In this document: in pieces, positions 25,964 through 37,969 of the stretch | Position numbering within the stretch: the stretch's first letter is position 1 | How the letters are laid out: the number at the start of each line of letters is the position of its first letter | Assembly (NCBI GenBank): GCA_033442325.1 | Contig: JAWQFM010000004.1 | Coordinates: 1-39,477 of the forward strand | Length of the DNA stretch: 39,477 nt | Direction: 5' to 3' | From: Salpingoeca rosetta | Taxonomy: Eukaryota > Protista > Choanoflagellata | Notes under the pieces: generated by a model | What the model saw: only the letters and a program-made list of their open reading frames with translations | Told to the model about the DNA's origin: nothing | Database searches by the model: none | Position numbers and translations under genes: made by a program

Positions 25964-26859
25964 GCTCACTGTCATGCTGCGACGTGGGCATGCCATCATC
26001 ATCCCCAACACTCATGTCCAGCGAGATGATACCACGCAAGCGGGCTGCTGTGGGGTGTGTGCGTGAAAACCACGTGTGCATGGGGCAGGTGATGAGCACC
26101 TATAGCGTGTATGCCATGTGAACTGACTTGATTGCAAGCTGGGGGATGAATGATGTGTGACCACGAGAGAAGACTGACCGATGTCAGCGCAAATGCTGTG
26201 ATTGCTCGCTCCGGTACCGCTCTGGAGGTGCGTCCCACTCAAAGGTGGCCTTCTGTATTGCTGGTGCCTTGGTCTCCGCCACTCTCACTTGCGGATTCCT
26301 GTCTGTTTGTTGTTTGCGTGGGAGGAAGAGACGATGCATCCGTGAGAACACACGTGCCAACAGCAGCAGCACCAGCAGCAGCAAGACAGCAGCAGTGACA
26401 GCAGGGACTGTGGTTTGGAAATCGGATCACCACCGTGCACTGATACACACACACACACACACACACACGCACAACACACACAGAGCGGAGGTGTGATTGC
26501 ACCCACCTCGCAGGTGGCCGTGAATGACACTGCTTGTCGCTTGCCTTGTGGTATGCGTATATCAGCGGCAAGTGTTGCCAGTGCACTCTCAAGAGCGTCG
26601 TTAGGTTTCTGCAGGCCACTGCCATATCCAACCACAAGAGAACAGCACATGCTCACGTTAGCCAAGCACAACAACGACGACCTGACGACGACGAAACCAC
26701 CACTTTCAGCAGACCCATCCTTGTGCCACAAGATGAAGAAGGAAAGAAGGGAATCCACACCCACAGCCACAACAAGACAGCAACAGCAACAACCGACAGC
26801 ACTGCCACCACAAACAGGACACCGCGTCCCACGTTCACGTACTTGGTTGCGTGACGCAT
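22138..26859 (-). pseudogene. Exostosin-family (GT47) glycosyltransferase, unprocessed pseudogene
   Basis: Minus-strand exon remnants in the expected order: signal-anchor-like MRHATKY...VLFVVAVLSVVAVAVLLWLWV (start 26859, tentative); VYVYPL...IYRAIRTAIRDG/YSTDDPSRACLLVP (24851-24695); EGRNHILFEYSD; VSMPLF...RKYLVTFR; NHLPKLHNGR; ELALETKFGLIVEAFGYHPFR; IMAAGTIPVIVVDHYVL; PYQDLLDWETFSIRIPEHRLLE; LPRILRSIPDEVVETMQR. Several frameshifts, an in-frame TGA at 24773-24771 and two broken splice sites. Both ends are approximate. Confidence 0.85.
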
Positions 26860-26997
26860 GGAGCGAACGAATAGTGCCCAAGAAGAAGAAGAACAAGAAC
26901 AAGAACAAGAACAAGAAGCAGAAGTCGAGGAAGGGACAGCGGGCATGGTGTGTGTTGGCTAACCTGAGGATCGTTGACGTGACGCCTGTTTTGTGTG

Positions 26998-27049
<52 letters not shown>

Positions 27050-27390
27050 AGAGACCTTTCTTCCACATTGGTCTGGTTGGCTGTTGGTGACTGGGTAGCG
27101 ATCACCAACAATCCCCTCTTCCCCTCTCCCACATCTCTCTTCTCCCCCATGCTGCTGTTGCGGTGACTGCCACATCACCCCCTCCTTCCTTCCTTGCCTT
27201 ACCTTCCCTCGTTGTGTGCACTGCACCAAAGAGAACAAGAAGAAGAAGAAGAAGCGTGCAAGCAAGAAGCGAGTTTGGGCTGCCACATCTCCACAGTCGT
27301 CGTGTCATCGACTGATTTCAGCTTTCCCCGTCTTCTGCACAAACACGCACAACAGACGTTTGTCGTGGCTGGTTGCGCGCAATGCACACA

Positions 27391-27524
<134 letters not shown>

Positions 27525-28061
27525 CATTCGCTGCGACGAAAGGAAAGGATGGATGGGGAGGTGCGTGGTGGTGGTGGTGGTTGGCGGTGGTGGTTTGGTC
27601 ACACACTCAGCAACAACAACAACAGCAGCAGCAACCACAACAACAACAGCAGCAGGGAGCAGCAGGGGGGATATTGATGATGATGACAATGACACAAGCA
27701 ATCCATCAATCAATCAATCAAGCAGACGAGCCAGCACACAAGCAAGAAGCAAGCAAGCCAAGGGACATGTATTCATTCACTCCACTTGGACGAGCGACAC
27801 GTCCACCACGTGGTGCGTGCGTGTGTGTTGTACTCACAGCTCTGCTTCCTTCACACTGTTCCTCCCTGCCTCGCAGTCCTCTCTCCCTTTCTTTCCCTTG
27901 CACACCCCTTGCTTTACCTGCTCTCTGCACACCATCTCTTCTCCACTTCTCCCCCCCCCCCCTCACTCACACGTCTCAAGTCACATGCCTCTCACCTCCC
28001 CCTTTGCCTTTGGCTGCAACGCTGTGTGTCTTCATCTCCACCACCACCACCTGTTTTGCAG

Positions 28062-28634
28062 GCTGACGATGAGGATGATGATGGTGGCTTGAATGACAGC
28101 ACCGTGTACTTGAGCGGGTGCCATCACCGTGTGCCACGACAACAAGAGGCACTTCCTTCTCTCTCGCTCTGTCTCGGTATGTGTGGCTGATGGGGTGGGG
28201 GGGGATGTTGCCTGGGATTTCCATTGCACTGCACTGTACCTCAATGCGCTGTGTGACGCGACATGCACACCACAGTTTGCACGCCTTCTTCCCCCACTTA
28301 TCCCCTCAGCACGTCTTTGTTCTTGTCAACCACCTCCCCTCGTCAATCACACCCCACACCCCACACACATACTCTCTCCTTAACCCCTGTCACGATGTGT
28401 GCTTGCTTCAGAGCAGGCCTCTGACATTGTCATCACCGCTGCCATACGGCGGTCGGTGCCATGCACGGGCACGGAGACAGTGAGCCAGCTCGTGGTCTCC
28501 AGCGTGGTGGCTGGGATGTGCACTGAGGTGAAGGATCCCACCACCACACTTCCGCTTCCATGCCGCCATGGCTGACACCACTGGCACTGCTGGTTGACAC
28601 GCACCAGCAGGCATCGCTCCCAGCGCCACACAAG

Positions 28635-28714
<80 letters not shown>

Positions 28715-30981
28715 TTGAATTCATTTGCACTCGTTGCCCCACCCGCATGTCGAAGCAACCACGCACACCGACCACCCCTCGTCAACACAACACCATTCAG
28801 CGCCCCAAATGTGCTGATGCAGGGCTGCACTGGCACGTCGTGCACGACAGCTTCTCATCGTCAGTTCTCCCTTCTCTCCGTTTTTTGTCTTCACACAGGT
28901 CGCATCACCCCCGCCCAGTGGAGCGCCTGCATCTTGCTCCCCACCCTCCCGTTGCACGCGTGCACACACCGATTCCGGCCCAGCGCAGGCTGTGCTGCAG
29001 CAGCCAACCACCCACACACATCGTCGCCGTATCCCCGCATCAACCAACCGCAGCCACCGACAGCCACGGGCATTGCACCTTTGCTGTGATTGAGTGCTGC
29101 CAGCACGTGGCCCCACCTCAACCTGCCACATCATCATCACCATCCCCGACACTGCCATGTGTGTGTGTGTGCGTGTGCATGCATGCGTATTCACGCCATC
29201 GTCAACCACACCACATTGACACAGCAACAGCTGCACTGCTTGCTGTCCTGCGCGGCGTTGTGGCGGTGCACTCAAGGCCCTTTTGCCAGCCGGTTTCCCG
29301 CTGCTGCTAGCTGTGCTTCTCCTGCCCATCTCAATCACCTCAGCTTCAACCACAACTGCTGCTGTTTTCCGCCACCTCATCTTCTGCCAGCGAGGCCTCC
29401 CACCACGGTCATAGCCGTCACTGCACGCTGCCGGTTTCAAGCAGCTCACTGCGTTGGATGCTTTTGGCCCGTGGACCACCACACTGTTGTTGGAAGAGGG
29501 ATTGGCCGTGATTGTGGCGGTTGTTGTGGTGCTGCACGCCATGACATCAACAGCGGCAGTTGACGAGGTGATGGTGTGCTTGCGCTCCTCACTGGTTGCA
29601 GCGGCAGCAAGGAGGCGGCCATCGTGTTTCTGGTTCGCATGCATGTGCTGGCGACGTGGCGCAGGAGCGGTTCAAGGACTACGACAACGATTCTGTGCCG
29701 TTTATGAAGAACATTCTCCAACACGCGAACGACAGGCAGTACCGCATGCTGCGCGGCCTGATGGGCGTGTCTGTCTGCAACGACATGTTTGCGCCGGATG
29801 CACACGACCTCATGCACATTATGTAAGCCAGCGCCGCCCAGATTGAGGAGGAGGATCCACAACCCACGTACATCCACACAAGGTGCGCTCAAGGTCAAGA
29901 GGGCAAGAGTGTGTGTGTGTGTATGTGTGTGTGTGTGTGTGCGTGTGTGTGTGTGTTCATGAACATGTGTGAACATGTCGCTTCGTCGTTTCCCTCCTTT
30001 CTCCACTTTCGGCTTGCCAAGCCTCACCGCCACCCCTTGTCGTCCTGCCGCGTTCAGGCTGTTGAGTCGCTGCTCGCTGTGATCCAGGGTTCCCGGCTCC
30101 CGTGAATCGCCCAACACCAGCGCGACCGAGAACTGCATCTCCGCCTTTGTCAAGGTTGCACACGGCCTCTCAGAGGTGTGTGTGGTTGTGTGTGTGTGTG
30201 TGTGCGTGCGTTGGTACACTCCTTCGCCGTCCTTTTGCGTTGGTTGTTTGCTCTTGTTGTCACTTTTTCGTCGCTTTTTTTTCCTCATCCACCCATCCAC
30301 CATCAACCCTTGCACAGACGAGATGCTGACACATCTGCTTGACTGGCTGTCTATTACAGAAGACGACGATGAAGCAAAGTACATCTTCACATACCTCCTT
30401 CAAAGCGTGAGTGCTACCGCTGTACTTTGTGTGAGTGAGTGTGTGTGTGTGTGCATGGCCTGGTCGTGCTGCATGTGTCCTGTCGTTCTAGTTCCCGACT
30501 AACTCTCCCGTTCCCCCTCCCATTGCTTCCTGTACCTCCCTCGCCTTCCTTTTGTTGTTGCTTCTGTAGGCAAGATCCACGCGAGACCGCGCCTGAGTGC
30601 CCGGTGAAGATTGTGCGGGCGTGTGTTTGTGCAGGTGATTGGCACCCCCGCAGCCGCCGTCGACGAGCCCCACTGCCAGGGCATGTACACAGCCTCATGG
30701 TGCGTGGGTTGTGTTGTGTGTGATTTATGTGATGTGTGTGTGTGTTTGCTGCCTCGAATATGCGCGACTGTCGTGCACTTTGTGTACTTTCCCTCCTCCT
30801 TCCTCCTCCTTCCTCCTCCTTCCTCCTCTTTGCACTCCCCATTCTCACGCCCTCGTGTCGTTTCCTCTCGTAGAACATGCAGGATTCGCCTGCCCACGGT
30901 GTGTTGGGGCAGTTGATGCAGGACCCCGAGGTGCACACCCGCGTGCAGCGCGCTGTTGAGGCACTTAGCTCGTCCGCGTAG
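28062..30981 (+). pseudogene. Importin-5 (karyopherin beta-3)-like unprocessed pseudogene, fragmentary
   Basis: AQERFKDYDNDSVPFMKNILQHANDRQYRMLRG-LMGVSVCNDMFAPDAHDLMHIM*ASAAQIEEEDPQ (TAA at 29824-29826), frameshifted LLAVIQG/SRESPNTSATENCISAFVK, and DEMLTHLLDWLSITEDDDEAKYIFTYL. These resemble IPO5 segments as recalled (LRLLRGKTIECISLIG...EDDDPQ; NATENCISAVGK; WLSWLPLHEDKEEA). The fragments before ~29600 are much more decayed, so the 5' limit is uncertain. Confidence 0.8.
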
Positions 30982-31379
30982 TCGCCATGTTGTGATGTGT
31001 CGTGTCAACTTGTGCACCAGTTGAACGAATGGCTGAATGTCTGTCGATTCCTCTGTCGCATTCCTCTTGTTGCTCTCTTCCCTTGTCTTCTTCTCTTCTC
31101 TTCTCTTCTGTTCTTCCCTTCCTTCACTCTCCCTCTCGCCTGCTTGCTTGCTTGCTTGCTTATGTCACGCCCTTCCTGTGCTTGCCTGTTCTTTTCATTG
31201 TATGGCGCTGTGTACGGCTGAACACGTTCTTGGTGTGTTTGGTGGATGTGTGCTGCTGCTGCTGCCGTGCGTGTTTGATTTTGGCTTGTGACTGCAGGGT
31301 GTTGTTTGATGTGCAGAGGGGTTGGTGTTGTTTGGTTGGCTTGGCTTCCTGTTGCGTATGGGCACTGCTGTGTGTGTGG

Positions 31380-31436
<57 letters not shown>

Positions 31437-31939
31437 GATGTGTTGGGCTGGGAGCGTTGTTTTGGATTGTGTGGCGGACCTGTTCTTTCCTCAGTAAATG
31501 GCTCGATGAAGATGATGAGACCCGCTTGACGGTGGTGATGGTGGAGCGGCGGTGATGTTTGTGGTGTTGATGTGGCTACAGACATTGGTGTGTTGTACCG
31601 ACCAGGCAAGGCCAAGCGAGGAGGGAGCGGCTGTTGTTCCTTTCGGCGACAAAGAGAGTCGGGTTGTTGCTGGCTGGAGGCACTTCATCCTGTTTGTTTG
31701 TTGTGTTCTCGAAGAGATTGTTGACGAACATCTTCCACGGAAGCGCTGCTGTGCGGATAACCTCTGTAAGGTTTTGCGAATCGTCCAGATGGCTGAGTCG
31801 CAAAACAACAACACACACACAACAAAGGAAAACAAAAAGCAGCGCGTTGAGTTGTCGTCGTCCATTTTGTCGTCGTCTTCTTCCAGCCACTCACGAACAC
31901 GTCACAACAAGCCACAAGGAGAAAAGACGACGCGCCGCC

Positions 31940-34900
31940 ATGTCCGAGAAGAGAGCGAGGAGGGAGGTGGAGGCGTTGCTGGCGCAAACGAAGCTGCCTG
32001 CAAAGAAGGAGAAACGGGTGAAGGACAAGATCAGAGCCATCGCCAACAACACGTGTGGGGAGATAGCAGAGTGAGTGCAAAAGCAACCAAAACGACGTGT
32101 TGGAACATGCATGCATGTGTTGGACACACGGACACTTCTTGTGGTTGTGCTTATTCTCCCCTCTCTCTCTGCTTGGCTTGTCCTTGTGTTGCAATGAGCT
32201 TGGTGTGGCTTGCTGTTGGGTGTTTACGTGTGCGCGTCCCCTCGCACCGCCTGGACACACTGTGTGTGTTTGTGGCAGGTTGGGACTGGCACCCTCATGT
32301 TTTTGCTCTCTTCATCCTCAGTCTTCTTGCTCATTGCATGACACACACCATTTGGAATGTTAGCTTGTATGATGCTGGCCTCGGCGTCATTGGGGCGCGT
32401 GCGGTGGCCGAGGCGCTCAAGGACAACACCTGCCTCAAACGACTCTAGTGCGTGGTGATGATGAATCTGCACCGTGTGACATGCATGGTTGATTGGGATG
32501 GCGGTGTTGCATGTTGCACCCCTTTTCTCCTCCCCTGTTTGCGCATGTTTGGCCGTGTGTTCACCTTCGCTCCCCGCGTTTCGTGTGTGCCTGCACAGCC
32601 TGGACAACAATTCCATCGGCGATGAGGGCGCTGTGGCGTTGGCGGAGATGCTGAAGCACAACACGACCCTCAAAGAACTCTTGTGAGTGTACACGCACAC
32701 ACACACACACACATGTGTGCTGCGTCACTGCCTGTTGCACCTTATCACGTGCACACGTGCCCATGTGTGGATTGGTGACTGTGTTGCCACCCACAACAAT
32801 CATCATCACGCACGCACGCACTCACTCTTCCTCACCCATGTGGCATCATCGCCCTGTGTGGCATCCACCATACCGTCTTGACAGCCTGTACAACAACTCC
32901 ATCGGCGATGAGGGCGCCGTGGCGTTGGCGGAGATGTTGAAGCACAACACGACCCTCAAAAGGCTCGAGTGAGTGTGTACACGCACACATGTACATGTAT
33001 GCTGCGTCACTGTCGTTGCACCTTATCACGTGCACATGTGTGGATTGATGACTGTGTTGACACCTACAACAATCATCATCACTCACTCACTCACTCTTTC
33101 TCATCCATGTGGCAACATCGCCCTGCGTGGCATCATACCGTCTTGGCAGCCTGGATGGCAATTCCATCGGTCCTGAGGGCGCTGTGGCGTTGGCGGAGAT
33201 GCTGAAGCACAACACGGCCCTCAAACAACTCCAGTGAGTGGAAGCTCCTCTTTGAAATGTGTGTCTTTAGGCGCTTCTTCTGCAATACCCATGTGCAGAT
33301 GGAGGCACTGCAAGCCACCCACGATGTCCCTGCGACTTGCTTGTTTGACCAACCAACAGATGCTTCCAGCCTTCACCTGTGCCACAAATGCTGCCACATC
33401 TTGTACAACTGGCATTGCCCCCTTTGCTTCCGCCATTGTGACTTCAATGTCGTAGGACCTGATGTGCGAGCGAGTACGCGTGCACGTGATCCATATGCAA
33501 CCCACTTTCATCCATGACACTGACAATTGCTGCTTGTCCACCCGTTCCCCCTGCTCTTCCAACATGCATTTCTTGCCACTTGCAGCTTGACCAAGAACTC
33601 CATCACCCCGGTTGGCGGTGCGGCGCTGGGTGCCGCACTGGACCAGAACCGCACCCTGTCTCGGCTTGAGTACGTCAATTGCGTTGCGCCTGCCTCATGA
33701 ACGCCTGTGTCCTGTTGTGGATTTGTGTGACCAATCGCCACTCTTTTGAGTGCACGCCACACTGTGTGTGTTCCTCTCTGCTTGCTTGCATTTCTCCACA
33801 ACCCTAACCACCAACCCTCCTGACCCACGCACCGCACTTGCTGCCTGTTCCCAACCACACGCTACCACCACGTGTCCTCGTTTAGGATCAACAAGAACTC
33901 CACCGCCACCGCCCGCGCCTTTGGTGCCGCGCTGCCCGTCGACCGAGAACTCTACACAGATTGGTCAGTCAACGCGTGCTTCCACTCTAGTCGCTTGCTC
34001 CCTGCCTTCTCTCTGAATTCTTCACCTCACACACACACACGCTGCGTGGTGCTTGCGCCCAATGTCGCGTGGGATCACAGGAGTGGCGATGATGAGGGCA
34101 AGGCCGCCTTTAACGAAGCACGCGAGGAGAAGAAGCGGCAGCATGAGCAACTGTTTGCCGCCTGCAGGGATGGCGACGCTTCCGTTGTCACCTCCCTCAT
34201 GGAGCAGGACAATGCAGACATCAACCAACAGGACAAGCGGGTATGTTCATCATGTGTGTGTTGTGCTTGTATGTGAACGGCGCTCGCTCATGGTTGCACC
34301 GGCCGTGTGTTCGTTTCCAACAGATCCTCACCACACGTGCCATGCCCCTTCCTGCCCCCCACCCAAACACAGGGCGACACACCGCTGCACGTTGCCTGCA
34401 GGCACAACCAGCCCGCCGTCGTGGAGCTGCTCCTGAAGAAGGGCGCAGACACTGCCGTCAAGAACATCAGGGTACGCGCGCATGTGCCGTGGGTGCGACG
34501 CCTTTATTGCACAACCGCGCCTCTTTTCAATGTGCACTGCTTCTGTGCTCGCTCACTCTGTCCGCATCCAACATCCACAGGGTGGAACACCATTCATGGT
34601 GGCGCAGAAACGCAATTTCCACGCCATCACCAGTATCCCAGGGCTCGACCCAGACAGCAAACCCCAGCAACAACCACAGCAACAACAGCAACAACCAAAG
34701 CAAGAGCAGCAGCAGGCGGACATGACAGCTTCAGACACACCAGATACAGAGCATGTACGTGCACAGGAAACCCATTGTCGTTTGCACTGCTGTACCACTT
34801 CAGACTTTTTTTCCTGTGAACCTCTTGCAACACACGCATCCGCCTTATCGTCTTGTGCGCCGCCATCATCCACCATCATACACCATCATCCATTCATTCC

Positions 34901-35865
34901 CCGCCAACGCCAATGCCCCCGCTGATGTACACAGGTGCACAGAGAGGCGGTGCAGGCGCGCATGATGGACATTGCGGAGCGCTCCGACACGCACATGGCG
35001 GGGCGAGCCAAGATGGGAGTATCTGGCCAGGGCCGCGCGGGCAAGACGACGCTTGTGAACTCGCTCAGGGGTAAGCCGTTCAACAAGCAGCAGCACTCCA
35101 CGCTCGGCGCCACCACCGATGACATGAGAGTCACCGTCCACACCATGGAAGTGTGCGACTGGAAGGTACGTTTAGTTGCGTGTATGTGCACGTGATTGTG
35201 TGTGTGTGTGTGTGATATGTGCATCCACCTTGTACCAACACTTTCCACCATCATTCGATCAATCACCACCTTATGTCATTGTTCACCAACACTCACAAAC
35301 ACCCACCCTTCCACATCTCGTGCAGGAGAGTGACCAGAGCACGTCCGAGTTCATCCGCAGTCTCGTTGGCACGGCGATGGCACGCGAGGCCGGCGTGGAC
35401 GAGGAGCTGAAGCGCGCGTCAGCAAAGGCACAGGCGCAGCACGCCACCCGTGTTAACCAGCACCAGCGCGAGAACGAGGACAAGGATGCCAAGAAGCAGC
35501 GCAAGAAGGGCCGTGACACATCCACAACTTCCACCCCCTCATCCGACAAGGCGTCCACCGCAGCCGTGCCTGCACCTGCTGCAGGTCGTGATGCCTCCAC
35601 AGCAACGCCTGCAGCAAAGGAGCAGCACCCAGCTTCCAGCCACGCCGACGTTGGTGACGACGATGCTGACGTCGTTGCCGTGACCACACCATCCGTTTCG
35701 AAGGAGGAGGTGGAGAAGGCAATCAAGGACATGGACTTTGATGCGACAATTCGCGAAGGCAAGATGCAGGTCTCCTTCAAGATCTTCGACCTGGGCGGCC
35801 AGTCCACCTTCTACGTCTTTCACCCTTTCTTCCTCACCAAGTGAGTCGCTGTGTGTATGCGTGCA

Positions 35866-35957
<92 letters not shown>

Positions 35958-37937
35958 TGTGTGTACGAGTGTGTGTGGTTATGTGTAAAAGAGGAAAGGA
36001 TAGTCAAAAAGAACAAAAAGGAGCCAAGAAAAGAAGGNNNNNNNNNNNNNNNNNNNNNNNNNNNNNNNNNNNNNNNNNNNNNNNNNNNNNNNNNNNNNNN
36101 NNNNNNNNNNNNNNNNNNNNNNNNNNNNNNNNNNNNNAGTGCTACCCCCCCCAAACCCTTACCCTTTCTCATCCCCACCCTTTTACTCCCAACATCCCCC
36201 CAACAGGTACGCGGTGTACCTGCTGGTGTTCTCGATGGAGGACCTGCTGCACCAAGACGAGAGCAAGCGGACAGAGGCGTGGGAGTTTATGGAGCACTGG
36301 TTGTCTTCTCTCCACCTCCACGCCAAGGGTGCACCCGTCCTCATCGTCGGCACCTTCGCTGATGTGGTCAGCAAGAGGAAGCAGCACGAACACATCTCGC
36401 GTGACATCCACAGCCGCCTGCGCCACAACCCAGCCTTCGCTTCTGTTGTGTACAACAGCAAGCACAAGCTGTGGTTCTGGCCCGTCGACAACACCAAGTC
36501 CATCGGCGACCCCATGATCCAGGGCCTGCGCCAGACCATCTCCTCCACAGCACTGGCGCAGGAGTACGTGAGCCAGGAGGTCGCTGTACCCTACCTCCAC
36601 CTCTACGACAAGCTCAACGCCATTGCCCGCGACGAGAAGCGGCCGCTGCTCACGTTTGACGAGGTGGTCCAGATTGCGCGCACCTGTGGGCTGCGCACAC
36701 GTGAGGAGACGAGGGCCTGCCTGCAGTTCCTGCACCTGTACTCCATGGTGCTGTACTACGACAGCGTGCCAGGCATGGAAGACTATGTGATCCTGAGCCC
36801 GCAGTGGGCGGTGGACACGATGACGCGCGTCATCCGCACGTTTGGCCTGCACGACGACGATGTGCAGGGGCCGGAGGTGCGGGCACTCGGCGCCGACGTG
36901 TGGGACGACCTTGTCGACCGCGGCATCCTGCACCGTCGTCTGCTGGAGGTGTTGTGGAGAGACGTGGACAGCGACTTGGTTGACCCGTTCCTGCGCCTCA
37001 TGATGCAATATGGGCTGTGCATTCAATACTCTCCACCCAAGCTGGTGGACAGCCGCAGAGCACTCGCCCGCGCCAACTCCGGCCACGGTGACAACGATGG
37101 TGTGAGCAAGGGCAATGACGCACACCAACGCCAGCAGCACCAGCAGCAGCAATACCTGGTCCCAGCCATTCTGCCAATGACGATTCGCCACAACAACAGC
37201 ACGATGGCATCCGTGTCGCTGAGCACGACGGCAGCACAGCAGGCCAACCCATATCTTGGACACGAGGAGAAGACGGCCTACGTCGCCTTCAGCCTGAAGC
37301 AATTCAAGCGAAGTGCGAGCGTGCGAGCTGAGCATGCACAGCACGCATCGTTCCTGCCAGAGGGGCTGTTCACAGTTGTGCTGGCGCATGTGATGGCGCA
37401 TGCACAGCACGGCGCATCACAGGAGCCGCAGCTGAGCCGCACCCACGCCATCTGCTTCATGGAGTCGACCAAGCTGGAGCTGCAGCTTGTGCCGGCTGTT
37501 GGCGGCATCAAGATGAAGATCACGAGCGCACAGCCACGCGCCATGCTGCACATGCTGCACACCATGATCAGCGAGGCCGCCAGAGAGCGCTATCCTGAGC
37601 TGAAGAGCAGCCTGTTGTTGCCGTACGACGACAAGACGCTGCTGTTCTTTGAGGATGTGCTGCACCACCACAAGAGCAAGCAGGACATGTGGGTGGACGA
37701 GCAGCTGCTGTCACCCGATGACCTGGTCGCCAAGTACGGCCCTCTTCTGCCCGTTCTCGGCCTGCAGGACAAGTACGACGTCTTCATCAGCTACAGGTGA
37801 GACGGTGTGCGTGTGTGTGTGTGTGTGTGTGCGTGCTTATGCGTGCGTGCGTGTGTGTGTACGTGCGTATGTGTACGTGTGTGTGTGTGTGTGTGTGTGT
37901 GTGCAAGTGTGTGTGTATGTGTGTGTGTGCGTGCGTG

Positions 37938-37969
<32 letters not shown>

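Noticed and set aside
36169-37410. 413-aa minus-strand ORF
   Set aside because: Antisense shadow of the GC3-rich Roc-COR exon.
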